Source: Nanobdellota archaeon (GTDB lineage Archaea > Aenigmatarchaeota > Aenigmatarchaeia > QMZP01). From it: DNA of 64,000 nt. The translations under genes were made by a program, and so were the position numbers. The notes under the pieces are model-generated. The model did not search any database. It was not told the DNA's origin and saw only the letters and a program-made list of their open reading frames with translations. Positions within the stretch are counted from its first letter, which is position 1. Every line of letters starts with the position of its first letter. Positions 9,918-17,609 of this stretch are shown here, one piece after another. The stretch is taken from NCBI GenBank assembly GCA_043814765.1, contig JBDRJQ010000029.1:16821-80820 (forward strand), written 5' to 3'.

Positions 9918-10051
9918 TGGGAGCACAGGGAGTCGAACCCTGATCTACCGGTATCTCTCTGCCGAAGCACATACCAGATTCCAATCATCCTTGGAAAGTC
10001 ATCGCTCCAGTCAAACTGGAGCCGATAATGATGCCATTACACCATGCTCCC
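9918..10051 (-). tRNA. tRNA-Trp (CCA) with a 63-nt intron at the canonical 37/38 site
   Basis: Hand-folded. Acceptor GGGAGCA/TGCTCCC plus A73. Anticodon stem ATCGG/CCGGT with loop CTCCAG-intron-A. T-arm CAGGG-TTCGACT-CCCTG. The intron is about 9953-10015 and its ACTGGAG pairs with the anticodon loop. No CCA is encoded. Confidence 0.8.
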
Positions 10052-10095
10052 TCTGATGTATATTCTTATAACTTAATTATATAAAATAAAAACAT

Positions 10096-10251
10096 GCCTC
10101 GTTAGCTCAGTCGGTAATGTGGTTTTTCCAAAAACCGTGTCGGTAGAGAGCGCAGCGTTGGTAAGAAACCTTTTTCATAAAAGGTTTCATCCAAAAGGAG
10201 TTAACACGTCCAAAAACGCTGAGGTCCCGGGTTCAATTCCCGGACGAGGCT
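10096..10251 (+). tRNA. tRNA-Thr (GGU) with two introns (D-loop about 29 nt, anticodon loop about 52 nt)
   Basis: Acceptor GCCTCGT/ACGAGGC plus U73. The D-arm GCTC...GAGC is interrupted by a GGTTTTTCCAAAAACC hairpin flanked by a GTCGGTA direct repeat. Anticodon stem CAGCG/CGCTG with loop TTGGTA-intron-A. T-arm CCGGG-TTCAATT-CCCGG. The mature length would be 75 nt. Confidence 0.8.
10166..10211 (+). repeat. Copy A of the conserved hairpin + CCAAAAGGAG module (inside the tRNA-Thr anticodon-loop intron)
   Basis: Sequence AAACCTTTTTCATAAAAGGTTTCATCCAAAAGGAGTTAACACGTCC. Confidence 0.8.
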
Positions 10252-10283
10252 TATTATTATTACAGTATGAGTAATAATTATAC

Positions 10284-10712
10284 ATGAAGGGACAGGCTGC
10301 TTTTGAATATATTATGATATTCATAATAGTGTTAGCTTTTGTTGTTCCTGTTTGGTTCTATCTTATAACTGTCCAAACTGATACCACAACAGAACTGCAT
10401 CTTACATACGCTAAGATAGCAGTAGAGAATATAGCAGAGAAAGCGGATCTAGTTTATTCACAAGGCGCCCCCGCAAAGGTTACTATAAAGGTGTATATGC
10501 CCAAGAATATAATAAACGCAAGCATTGTCAGTAAAACAGTCTTATTGAACATGAAGGTAAATTCACATGATACTTTTGTAACGGCAACTTCCACAGCCAC
10601 ATTAGACGGCTATCTTCCTCAAACAGAGGGAGTGTATATATTTGAAATAGAGGCCATAGATGGTGTCGTTAATATATGTCCTAAAGGGGATGAGTTTGCA
10701 GGATTTTGTTAA
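10284..10712 (+). CDS. Class III signal peptide (archaeal type IV pilin-like) protein
   Basis: The N-terminus MKG/QAAFEYIMIFIIVLAFVV matches the prepilin-peptidase-type KGQxxxEY motif plus a hydrophobic helix. Confidence 0.7.
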   Translation: MKGQAAFEYIMIFIIVLAFVVPVWFYLITVQTDTTTELHLTYAKIAVENIAEKADLVYSQGAPAKVTIKVYMPKNIINASIVSKTVLLNMKVNSHDTFVTATSTATLDGYLPQTEGVYIFEIEAIDGVVNICPKGDEFAGFC

Positions 10713-11124
10713 AAAAAATAAAGCACAGAGCTCGATAGAGTTTTTGTTGATTTTTGCCTTTTTGATAGCAATATTGCTTTCAGTAAGTTTTATAGTTTTT
10801 CACAAGTCGAATAGTGTTTTGGATGCTCAAAATGATTTTGAAGCTGACGGACTTCTAAAGGAAGTAGCAAATAAAATAAACACCGTCTTCATAGAAGAGT
10901 CTGGATTTTCAATGAATATAACAATACCAGAAACTATATCGGGAGAAGACTACAATTTTTCTATTGTGGGAGGTGCCAACCTCTTAAGACTCTCAATTTT
11001 TGAAAAGACTTATGATATGTTATTGGTAACAGAGGACGTGGTTGATATCAATAAACTGAATAATAAGAATGGAAAATACCTATTAAAAAATATTGATAGT
11101 ATAGTTTACATAATAGATATATAG
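10690..11124 (+). CDS. Class III signal peptide (type IV pilin-like) protein
   Basis: KA/QSSIEFLLIFAFLIAILL motif. The start was set at the ATG preceded by AAAGGGG, because the longer ORF from 10660 overlaps the previous gene. Confidence 0.65.
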   Translation: MSLQDFVKKNKAQSSIEFLLIFAFLIAILLSVSFIVFHKSNSVLDAQNDFEADGLLKEVANKINTVFIEESGFSMNITIPETISGEDYNFSIVGGANLLRLSIFEKTYDMLLVTEDVVDINKLNNKNGKYLLKNIDSIVYIIDI

Positions 11125-11133
11125 AGTGATTTT

Positions 11134-11628
11134 ATGAAAGCTCAAGTTTGGTCAACTGATTTCATTGTTTCAGCAGTTATATTCTTATCAGCATTCCTTC
11201 TCCTCATGTTTTCTTGGAGTTATGTAACAATCATAACACAGGAACAGGCTGCTACAAATGATATAGAAAGCGCAGTACTAGAGGTCACTGATATACTGGT
11301 TAGAAGTCCTGGATTGCCTAAAAACTGGACAGTTATAAACGTTAAGAGTATAGGGTTAGCTGTAAAGGAAAATGAACTGGATGATGTTAAGATTGAAAAT
11401 TTCTTAGCACTTGATTATGGTAAGTCTAAAGATCTTTTAGGCATCAGGAACTATGATTATTATTTAGAAGCGTACAATCTAGACAATTCCACAGTAAAGA
11501 CTCAGAGCGGAACTGATATTATAAAGGGCCAGTATCCAGCAGATCCTGCTATAGTAATACCGCTTGAACGGTACGCTCTCTATAATGAAAATATAGTAAA
11601 ATTAAAATTTGTTTTCTGGGCAGGATAG
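11134..11628 (+). CDS. Class III signal peptide (type IV pilin-like) protein
   Basis: MKA/QVWSTDFIVSAVIFLSAFLLLMF N-terminus. It is the third co-directional pilin-like gene. Confidence 0.65.
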   Translation: MKAQVWSTDFIVSAVIFLSAFLLLMFSWSYVTIITQEQAATNDIESAVLEVTDILVRSPGLPKNWTVINVKSIGLAVKENELDDVKIENFLALDYGKSKDLLGIRNYDYYLEAYNLDNSTVKTQSGTDIIKGQYPADPAIVIPLERYALYNENIVKLKFVFWAG

Positions 11629-11889
11629 CTACAGTTCCAGTTCAAAAAACTTATACTTTATTTTGATTTTAAATCCTAATTTCTTTGCAGAACTCAAAAT
11701 AGGCTTATCTGCCTTATTTTTCTTAAACATTTCTTGTATTCCAAATTCAAGAGCTAGAATTGGGTTTTTAACCTCAATTTTTATTTCTTTGTTCTTAAAA
11801 TGAACTATAAAAGCAGGTTTGTTTTCTATATAAAAAACTATATTTGCCTTTCCTGAAACATTTTCTAAAAGTTGTGATAAAGTTCCCAT
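11629..11889 (-). CDS. Hypothetical protein (86 aa)
   Basis: It is the only sizeable non-low-complexity ORF in this interval. It is Lys-rich and soluble. No family recognised. Confidence 0.4.
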   Translation of the reverse strand: MGTLSQLLENVSGKANIVFYIENKPAFIVHFKNKEIKIEVKNPILALEFGIQEMFKKNKADKPILSSAKKLGFKIKIKYKFFELEL

Positions 11890-11913
11890 ATCTACACACT
11901 GTAGTTCTAAAGC

Positions 11914-12114
11914 CTACTTTTTCTTTTTGGTTTTAGTTGGTGCAATAGTTAGGTTGATAGTGCCACTCAATTTTACTTGCATGTTTTTACCTAAAATGAA
12001 TTTTATTCCATCCAAATTCAAATCTGCACTGGCTTGCTTTCCTTCAAGAACATTGATTATTTTAACAATTATTTCTTCTTTATGCTCTAAAATTTCATCA
12101 ACAATACCTGCCAT
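11914..12114 (-). CDS. Hypothetical protein (66 aa)
   Basis: ORF divergent from the ATPase gene, with a KKKK C-terminus. No family recognised. Confidence 0.4.
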   Translation of the reverse strand: MAGIVDEILEHKEEIIVKIINVLEGKQASADLNLDGIKFILGKNMQVKLSGTINLTIAPTKTKKKK

Positions 12115-12176
12115 TTATTCACCTCTTTATATGTTTGGTTAAATATTATTATTTTAGATAATATAAAGATAAAGAT

Positions 12177-13484
12177 ATGGAAAAAATAATTGTTGGTAGG
12201 GATCGTGATGATATTAAACGTTACGGCTCTAAGGCTACTATTTTTATAGGTAAGCATATCGTAGGCGAGGGTGAGGAAGCACACCTCACAAACCCTGTAT
12301 ACCTGGATGTTAACAGACCGCATGTTATGCTGATATGTGGTAAAAGGGGTAGTGGTAAATCGTACTCTAGCGGCGTCATAGGAGAGGAGTTCATGGCACT
12401 GCCACCAGATTTGAGAAAAAATCTTTCTGCTCTAATAATAGACACCATGGGAATATACTGGTCTATGAAAAGTCCAAACAGTCAGCAGACTGTTTTATTA
12501 AAAAGATGGGGGCTCAAGCCCAGTGGCATAAATACGAACTTCCTCGTACCAAAACCGTATGTTGAGGAATATGAAACCCTTGGGATGAAATATGATGGTA
12601 CCTTTACATTTACTTGCTCTGAATTAACAGCAACAGATTGGATACTAGCATTTGGTTTTTCTCCTATAGATCCGCATGGAGTGGGCATAGAAAAAGTGAT
12701 TAGTAGAGCCCGCAAAGATTATGAAAACATCTACGGAATAGATGATATAATAAGACTGATAGAGGAAGATGATGAACTGGGGCATGATGTAAAAAATTCT
12801 CTCATGAACAGGTTTTCTCTGGCAAAGGATTGGAACGTTTTTGAAAAGAAGGGCATGGATGTAAATAGCTTCTTTAAGCCTGGCGAATTAACAGTTTTGG
12901 ATGTGTCAAGGTTTTCAGGAGCTTCTACAAGCTGGTCTGTGAGAAACATGCTTGTTGGTCTTTTGTGCAGAAAGATATATCAAAAGAGGTTAGTTTCTAA
13001 AAAGGCAGAAGAGTTTGGTTTAATAACATACCATGAAAAGAAAACAATACCAATGATATGGATTATGATAGATGAAGCTCATCAGTTTTTACCAGATGTG
13101 GGTGAGACTGCGGCATCTTCTGCTCTCCACACCATAGTAAAACAGGGAAGGGAACCAGGCATATCATTGGTTCTGATGACTCAGCGTCCGAATAAGCTGC
13201 ATCCGGATGCATTGGCACAATCTGATATTGTTATATCACACCGCCTTACTGCAGAAGCTGATCTTACAGCTCTTCGCTCTATAATGCAGAGCTACATGTT
13301 AGAAGATATTCAGGATAAAATCAATAATCTTCCACGACAGAAAGGAACTGCTGTTGTTTTAGACGATAATTCAGAGAGGCTTTATTCTATACAGATCAGA
13401 CCAAGAATATCATGGCATGCCGGTGGTTCACCAAGTGTAATAAAAAAGAAGACGTTTTTTGAGGAAGAAGAATTTGATGCTTAA
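12177..13484 (+). CDS. HerA/FtsK-like P-loop ATPase (DUF87/COG0433 type)
   Basis: Walker A GKRGSGKSYS about 55 aa from the N-terminus. Walker B-like IWIMIDEAHQF and TQRP...ISHRL blocks are typical of HerA-like ATPases. Confidence 0.8.
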   Translation: MEKIIVGRDRDDIKRYGSKATIFIGKHIVGEGEEAHLTNPVYLDVNRPHVMLICGKRGSGKSYSSGVIGEEFMALPPDLRKNLSALIIDTMGIYWSMKSPNSQQTVLLKRWGLKPSGINTNFLVPKPYVEEYETLGMKYDGTFTFTCSELTATDWILAFGFSPIDPHGVGIEKVISRARKDYENIYGIDDIIRLIEEDDELGHDVKNSLMNRFSLAKDWNVFEKKGMDVNSFFKPGELTVLDVSRFSGASTSWSVRNMLVGLLCRKIYQKRLVSKKAEEFGLITYHEKKTIPMIWIMIDEAHQFLPDVGETAASSALHTIVKQGREPGISLVLMTQRPNKLHPDALAQSDIVISHRLTAEADLTALRSIMQSYMLEDIQDKINNLPRQKGTAVVLDDNSERLYSIQIRPRISWHAGGSPSVIKKKTFFEEEEFDA

Positions 13485-14722
13485 CGTTTCTTGTCTCTGT
13501 CTCGCTTCCAAAAAAATATTATGAACGGTATCACCAATAGAATTATTATTAACTGTATTAGAAACCAGTTAGTACAGCCACTTAAACATGTTCCACCGCA
13601 ATCAATTCCTTCTTCATTGGAGTTTTGTATTCCATCGGAACAGTGTTCACAATTATCATCAACAACTCCGCTACAATCATCATCCAGTTCATTAAAACAT
13701 GTCTCTTCTTCAGAATAAACAGCATTTATGCAATCTCCCCAGAGCTCGTTCTCACCGCATGTGGATATTCCAAACTCGCAAATGCCTAATTCTGTGTTTG
13801 GTCCGCAGTCTCTTGTTTCTCCGGGAACAAAACAACAATCAGCGTAATCATCAATTATGCCATTACAGTCATCATCAATACCGTTACATGACTCTTGTGT
13901 CGGATCCTGGCCGCCAACGCAAAAGCATGAAGTTTCCTCTACTGATATTGCACCGTATAAATCATCTATTATGTCATTGCAATCATCATCAATTGTGTTG
14001 CAAGCTTCATCTGAGGGATAAACAGCATCTTGACAATCTGTCCATTTTTTGTTTTCGCATTTCATTACCCCCTTTTTGCATGCACCAGTTTCATCATCTG
14101 GTCCGCATGGTTTGGTGGATCCTTCTTTGCATATAACAGCGGCTCCTCCGCCGCCTCCGCCACCGCCGCCTCCGCCTCCGCCAGAGTCACTAGAGCCTCC
14201 GCCGTCGTCGGTGGATTGACCGCAATTAGAATCATCTAGCACGCAGTCGCTCCAATAACCACTAACACAGCTCTTGTAACCGGTGCAATTTACTTCGTTT
14301 ATGATTTCAAAACAACTAATTGGGTCATTGGTTACGTTGCAGTCAAAACAGGACTCAGAACAACAAAACATAGATTCCTCTGGAAGAACGAATTCCGTCA
14401 AGGTATCATTACAAAACTGGTCTGGTCCGCAACCATAATAACCGTCATCATATGAGCAAGTGTAAACACAGTTAGCATCACAAGGGGAGCTTTCATTAAC
14501 ACACTCTGCGATTAAACCACTATATTCTTGACATGGATTATCCACGCTACACTCTGGTATAGTACAAGTATCATTACAGCAGAATTCTCCTGCTATTTGA
14601 TTGCAATCATCATCAATAGAACAGAGGACATTAGCTCCTGTTTCTCCTGTAATAGCAAAAACCTGATTGGCAATAAATAAAACTGAAAATATCATGATTA
14701 GAGAAATCAGCAAAATTCTCAT
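13481..14722 (-). CDS. Cys-rich surface protein with DDDCNG/DDDCDG-type repeats, poly-Gly linker and C-terminal TM anchor
   Basis: It has a signal peptide and about 60 Cys. The linker is GGGSSDSGGGGGGGGGGGGG. Repeats CNGIDDDCNGIIDD, CNTIDDDCNDIIDD and LDDDCSGVVDD follow. The C-terminus is a TM helix plus a KRDRDKKR tail. Confidence 0.85.
   Translation of the reverse strand: MRILLISLIMIFSVLFIANQVFAITGETGANVLCSIDDDCNQIAGEFCCNDTCTIPECSVDNPCQEYSGLIAECVNESSPCDANCVYTCSYDDGYYGCGPDQFCNDTLTEFVLPEESMFCCSESCFDCNVTNDPISCFEIINEVNCTGYKSCVSGYWSDCVLDDSNCGQSTDDGGGSSDSGGGGGGGGGGGGGAAVICKEGSTKPCGPDDETGACKKGVMKCENKKWTDCQDAVYPSDEACNTIDDDCNDIIDDLYGAISVEETSCFCVGGQDPTQESCNGIDDDCNGIIDDYADCCFVPGETRDCGPNTELGICEFGISTCGENELWGDCINAVYSEEETCFNELDDDCSGVVDDNCEHCSDGIQNSNEEGIDCGGTCLSGCTNWFLIQLIIILLVIPFIIFFWKRDRDKKR
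14145..14182. repeat. GC-rich GGN trinucleotide tract encoding poly-Gly
   Basis: The plus-strand sequence cctccgccgcctccgccaccgccgcctccgcctccgcc is a GC island in an AT-rich gene. Confidence 0.9.
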
Positions 14723-14745
14723 AATTATTTATTGGTCTTTCTCCT

Positions 14746-15399
14746 TTAGATGTTTTTGTCTCTTCTAACTATTTTTAGATCGTCTGTTGGAAGATTATAT
14801 ACTTTGACTAGAGTTAAATCATCTAATTTATGACACTTATGAGAATCTAGTAATAACATATCATTTTCAAGTAGTTTATTTCTAATTTTCTTTATTTTTT
14901 TCATGTTAATAGAAGGTGTAGCTATCTTTCCTTTTGGTGCCGAAGGTGCATCGTTTCTATTTGAATAATATGATAGTGGTATTTTGTTTTCTACAAAAGA
15001 AATAAGATTGGATGATCCAAAGATTATAAATTTTTTTGAATCAAAAAGGAAATGAACTAGTTTATAATGATCATAAACGTTTTTTATATTATTAACAAAA
15101 TATTCTGATTGATATGTTTCATCTGTTAGATGCCTCTCAAAAAAATTTATAACATCGTCAAAATTATGGGCTCCTAAAAAGGTCTCATAAAACTCTACCA
15201 TAGAAAATTTATATGAAGTCACACTATCTATCTCTTCATATCTGTTTTCATCGGAATTTCCAAAGAGATAGTCTCTTCTGTCAAATCTATATTGCAGAAA
15301 GGGATTCAAATCTATTATGCTTAAATCTTTGTGAAATTCCAATGTTTTAATTCCATCATTTCCAGGCAACATGCCGTAAGGTACTAAACACCCGCTCAT
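14746..15399 (-). CDS. Hypothetical protein (217 aa)
   Basis: Clean ORF immediately downstream of, and co-directional with, the endonuclease-like gene. No family recognised. Confidence 0.55.
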   Translation of the reverse strand: MSGCLVPYGMLPGNDGIKTLEFHKDLSIIDLNPFLQYRFDRRDYLFGNSDENRYEEIDSVTSYKFSMVEFYETFLGAHNFDDVINFFERHLTDETYQSEYFVNNIKNVYDHYKLVHFLFDSKKFIIFGSSNLISFVENKIPLSYYSNRNDAPSAPKGKIATPSINMKKIKKIRNKLLENDMLLLDSHKCHKLDDLTLVKVYNLPTDDLKIVRRDKNI

Positions 15400-15414
15400 G
15401 AAAATAGTTGGGTA

Positions 15415-15786
15415 TTAGTTTTTTATTGTGAATGTTCTGAATTCTATTTTTCCTTGATTAACAAGATCCTTTATTCTGTTCTGTTTAACTGACAGCCTGG
15501 AGTCTCCTGTCTTGAACTCTATGAATATTACTTTGTCATCTTCGAACTGTACACCATCTATCGGGCTTCCCAAAAAACGGAAATTTTGCTGGTTGTATGG
15601 ATAAACATCCAAAAACGGCATGAATTGTTCTGTCATTTTACCGTATTTAGTACTAAGGCTCTGTTTTTTTGAAATAGTGTCATCCACTAAAGCCCCTAGC
15701 CTTCTGTTTTCCTTGTAAGATCTTCTATATAGATAGAGAATCACAACTATAAAGAGTGCTAGTATAGCAAAAACAAATTCATTCAT
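15415..15786 (-). CDS. Membrane-anchored endonuclease related to archaeal Holliday-junction resolvase (Endonuc_Holl-like)
   Basis: An N-terminal TM helix is followed by PIDGVQFEDDKVIFIEFKTGDSRLSVKQNRIKDLV, a D...E-x-K nuclease-like core resembling the COG4741 family. Confidence 0.5.
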   Translation of the reverse strand: MNEFVFAILALFIVVILYLYRRSYKENRRLGALVDDTISKKQSLSTKYGKMTEQFMPFLDVYPYNQQNFRFLGSPIDGVQFEDDKVIFIEFKTGDSRLSVKQNRIKDLVNQGKIEFRTFTIKN

Positions 15787-15836
15787 GTTTTAATACTTTG
15801 AATGATAATATATATTATAGGAGGTAACGTTTTGAT

Positions 15837-16052
15837 ATGAAAGGAGAAATATCAAGAGGTATTGTAACAGGTCTCATAGTGGTACTAGTTTTGGTTTCTG
15901 TAATTGGAGCAAGTGCAGTATTATCAAGCATATCAGCAACTGACGTTCCAGTAGCATTAGAACAAGACAAAGACAGTGGCACAGTAGGCGCTAACATAAA
16001 ACCTCCAAATTCAATAACAGTAGGAGAAGTTAGTTTAACCGTTACAGGTTAA
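15837..16052 (+). CDS. Small signal-anchored protein (71 aa)
   Basis: TAGGAGG lies upstream. The N-terminus MKGEISRGIVTGLIVVLVLVSVIGASAV resembles an archaeal pilin-type N-terminus. The short mature part ends in the beta-strand-like VGEVSLTVTG. Confidence 0.5.
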   Translation: MKGEISRGIVTGLIVVLVLVSVIGASAVLSSISATDVPVALEQDKDSGTVGANIKPPNSITVGEVSLTVTG

Positions 16053-16066
16053 TATAGGAGGATAAA

Positions 16067-16633
16067 ATGGTAGATAATAACATATTAGCGGCTCTTGTTG
16101 TAGTTGCAATAGTGGTCTCTCTTGGGACAGTTGCTGTTACATACAACACCCTAAGCAGTATAACAACAGTTGGAGCAGGAACAGCTCTTGGACAAACTTT
16201 TTTAGATCTTCAAACATCAACAGACATATCACTTCCTACGAACACTGTACTGTTCGGTACAGTTAACGTTGGTGAAACACACGACACAACTGATGACGTA
16301 CCATTGCCATTCACTGTTCAAAATGATGGCAGTGTAAACGTGGATGTTGAGATTAAAGCAACTGATTTATGGACAGCAGAAGTGAACCCAACACCATATT
16401 ATCAAGCAATGTGCGGCAATTCATTAGAAACAGTATGTCCAATAGGTTCAGTTATGTTGTTTAGTAACATACCTGAAAATGATGCTCTTATTGGATTACA
16501 GGTGATAAAAAACATGGATTTCGCTGATGCAAACGATTTGCTTGAAGTTGAAATAAGAATAGAAGTGCCACCTAGCGAAGGAGCTGGAACCAAATCGTCA
16601 GATGTAACATTTACAGCAACACAAGCATTATAA
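16067..16633 (+). CDS. TasA/camelysin-like secreted protein (candidate fibre subunit)
   Basis: TAGGAGG lies upstream and the N-terminus is a hydrophobic helix. GQTFLDL, FGTVNVGE...FTVQNDGSVNV and the C-terminal VTFTATQ parallel the TasA motifs SGTLDL, NLKPGD...FENNGSL and FSFEATQ. Confidence 0.5.
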   Translation: MVDNNILAALVVVAIVVSLGTVAVTYNTLSSITTVGAGTALGQTFLDLQTSTDISLPTNTVLFGTVNVGETHDTTDDVPLPFTVQNDGSVNVDVEIKATDLWTAEVNPTPYYQAMCGNSLETVCPIGSVMLFSNIPENDALIGLQVIKNMDFADANDLLEVEIRIEVPPSEGAGTKSSDVTFTATQAL

Positions 16634-16660
16634 GGGGTCATCAGACCCTTTTTAACTTTT
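16634..16660 (+). terminator. Hairpin plus T5 tract after the TasA-like gene
   Basis: GGGTC-ATCA-GACCC is followed by TTTTT immediately after the stop codon. Confidence 0.45.
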
Positions 16661-16694
16661 TAGTTATTGTTATCTAAATTAATACAGTGAGCAA

Positions 16695-17609
16695 ATGGAC
16701 GGTAAAAAATTAATAATATTAACTCTTGTTTTGAGTTTTAGCTGTATGATTTCAAGCTCTGAAGCTATTGGGGTATCTCCTAGCAGACTCGTAATTGATT
16801 TTGAGCCCGGTCTTCAGGAAATACGCGAATTTAGCATCTTGAATAACGGTGAAAACACACTAAACATAGAAATATACAAAAAAGGTGATCTAGCCGAATA
16901 CATAACACTTTATGACACTGCTTCTTCATTAGAACCTGGTGAGAGAAAATATTTTACTTATGATATAAATCTTCCAGAAACACTGGAGGGTTTTGGTATA
17001 TTTGATACGAGAATAGGTGCTGTTGAAGCCGCACCAGAAGGCTCTATGATGGGTGGTAGAGCTGCTGTAGAATCACAGTTATGGATTAAAAAATTATTCG
17101 ATGGAAAATATGCAGAAGTTAATCTCATATTAAACAACATTTATGCCGGCGATATTATGAATTTCAGAATAAAAATATCCAATTTCGGCACTGAAACAAT
17201 AGACTGTGATACTATTTTGAAAATATACAATTCTAATGATGAAAGCGTAAAGGAAATAGCTCTTGAAGATATTGTAATAAGTTTTGATGTAGTTGATTAT
17301 CTGAACAGTGAATGGGATACTGAAACAGTAGAAGCGGGTGACTACAAAGCCGTTGCAATAGTTTCTTATAATGGCAAAGAAGCTACTGATGAAAAAATGT
17401 TTACACTAGTACAAACAGAATTTGAAGATGAAGTTGATGTTAATACAGAATCAAACGATATTATAATAGGTGATACAGAAAAACCTGCAGAAACAATTGC
17501 GCAGGTTACAAATGAAGGATTTCCTATCCAATATCTGCTTATCATATTTTTCATAGGAATTGGATTGATTGGCGCCATACTCTATTTCACAAAATTGAGG
17601 GTGAAGTGA
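16695..17609 (+). CDS. Secreted, C-terminally anchored protein with CARDB/Ig-like beta domains
   Basis: It has a signal peptide. The beta-rich repeats IGVSPSRLVIDFEPG...FSILNNGENTL and NFRIKISNFGTETIDC are CARDB-like. The C-terminus is EGFP, a TM helix and KLRVK. Confidence 0.65.
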   Translation: MDGKKLIILTLVLSFSCMISSSEAIGVSPSRLVIDFEPGLQEIREFSILNNGENTLNIEIYKKGDLAEYITLYDTASSLEPGERKYFTYDINLPETLEGFGIFDTRIGAVEAAPEGSMMGGRAAVESQLWIKKLFDGKYAEVNLILNNIYAGDIMNFRIKISNFGTETIDCDTILKIYNSNDESVKEIALEDIVISFDVVDYLNSEWDTETVEAGDYKAVAIVSYNGKEATDEKMFTLVQTEFEDEVDVNTESNDIIIGDTEKPAETIAQVTNEGFPIQYLLIIFFIGIGLIGAILYFTKLRVK

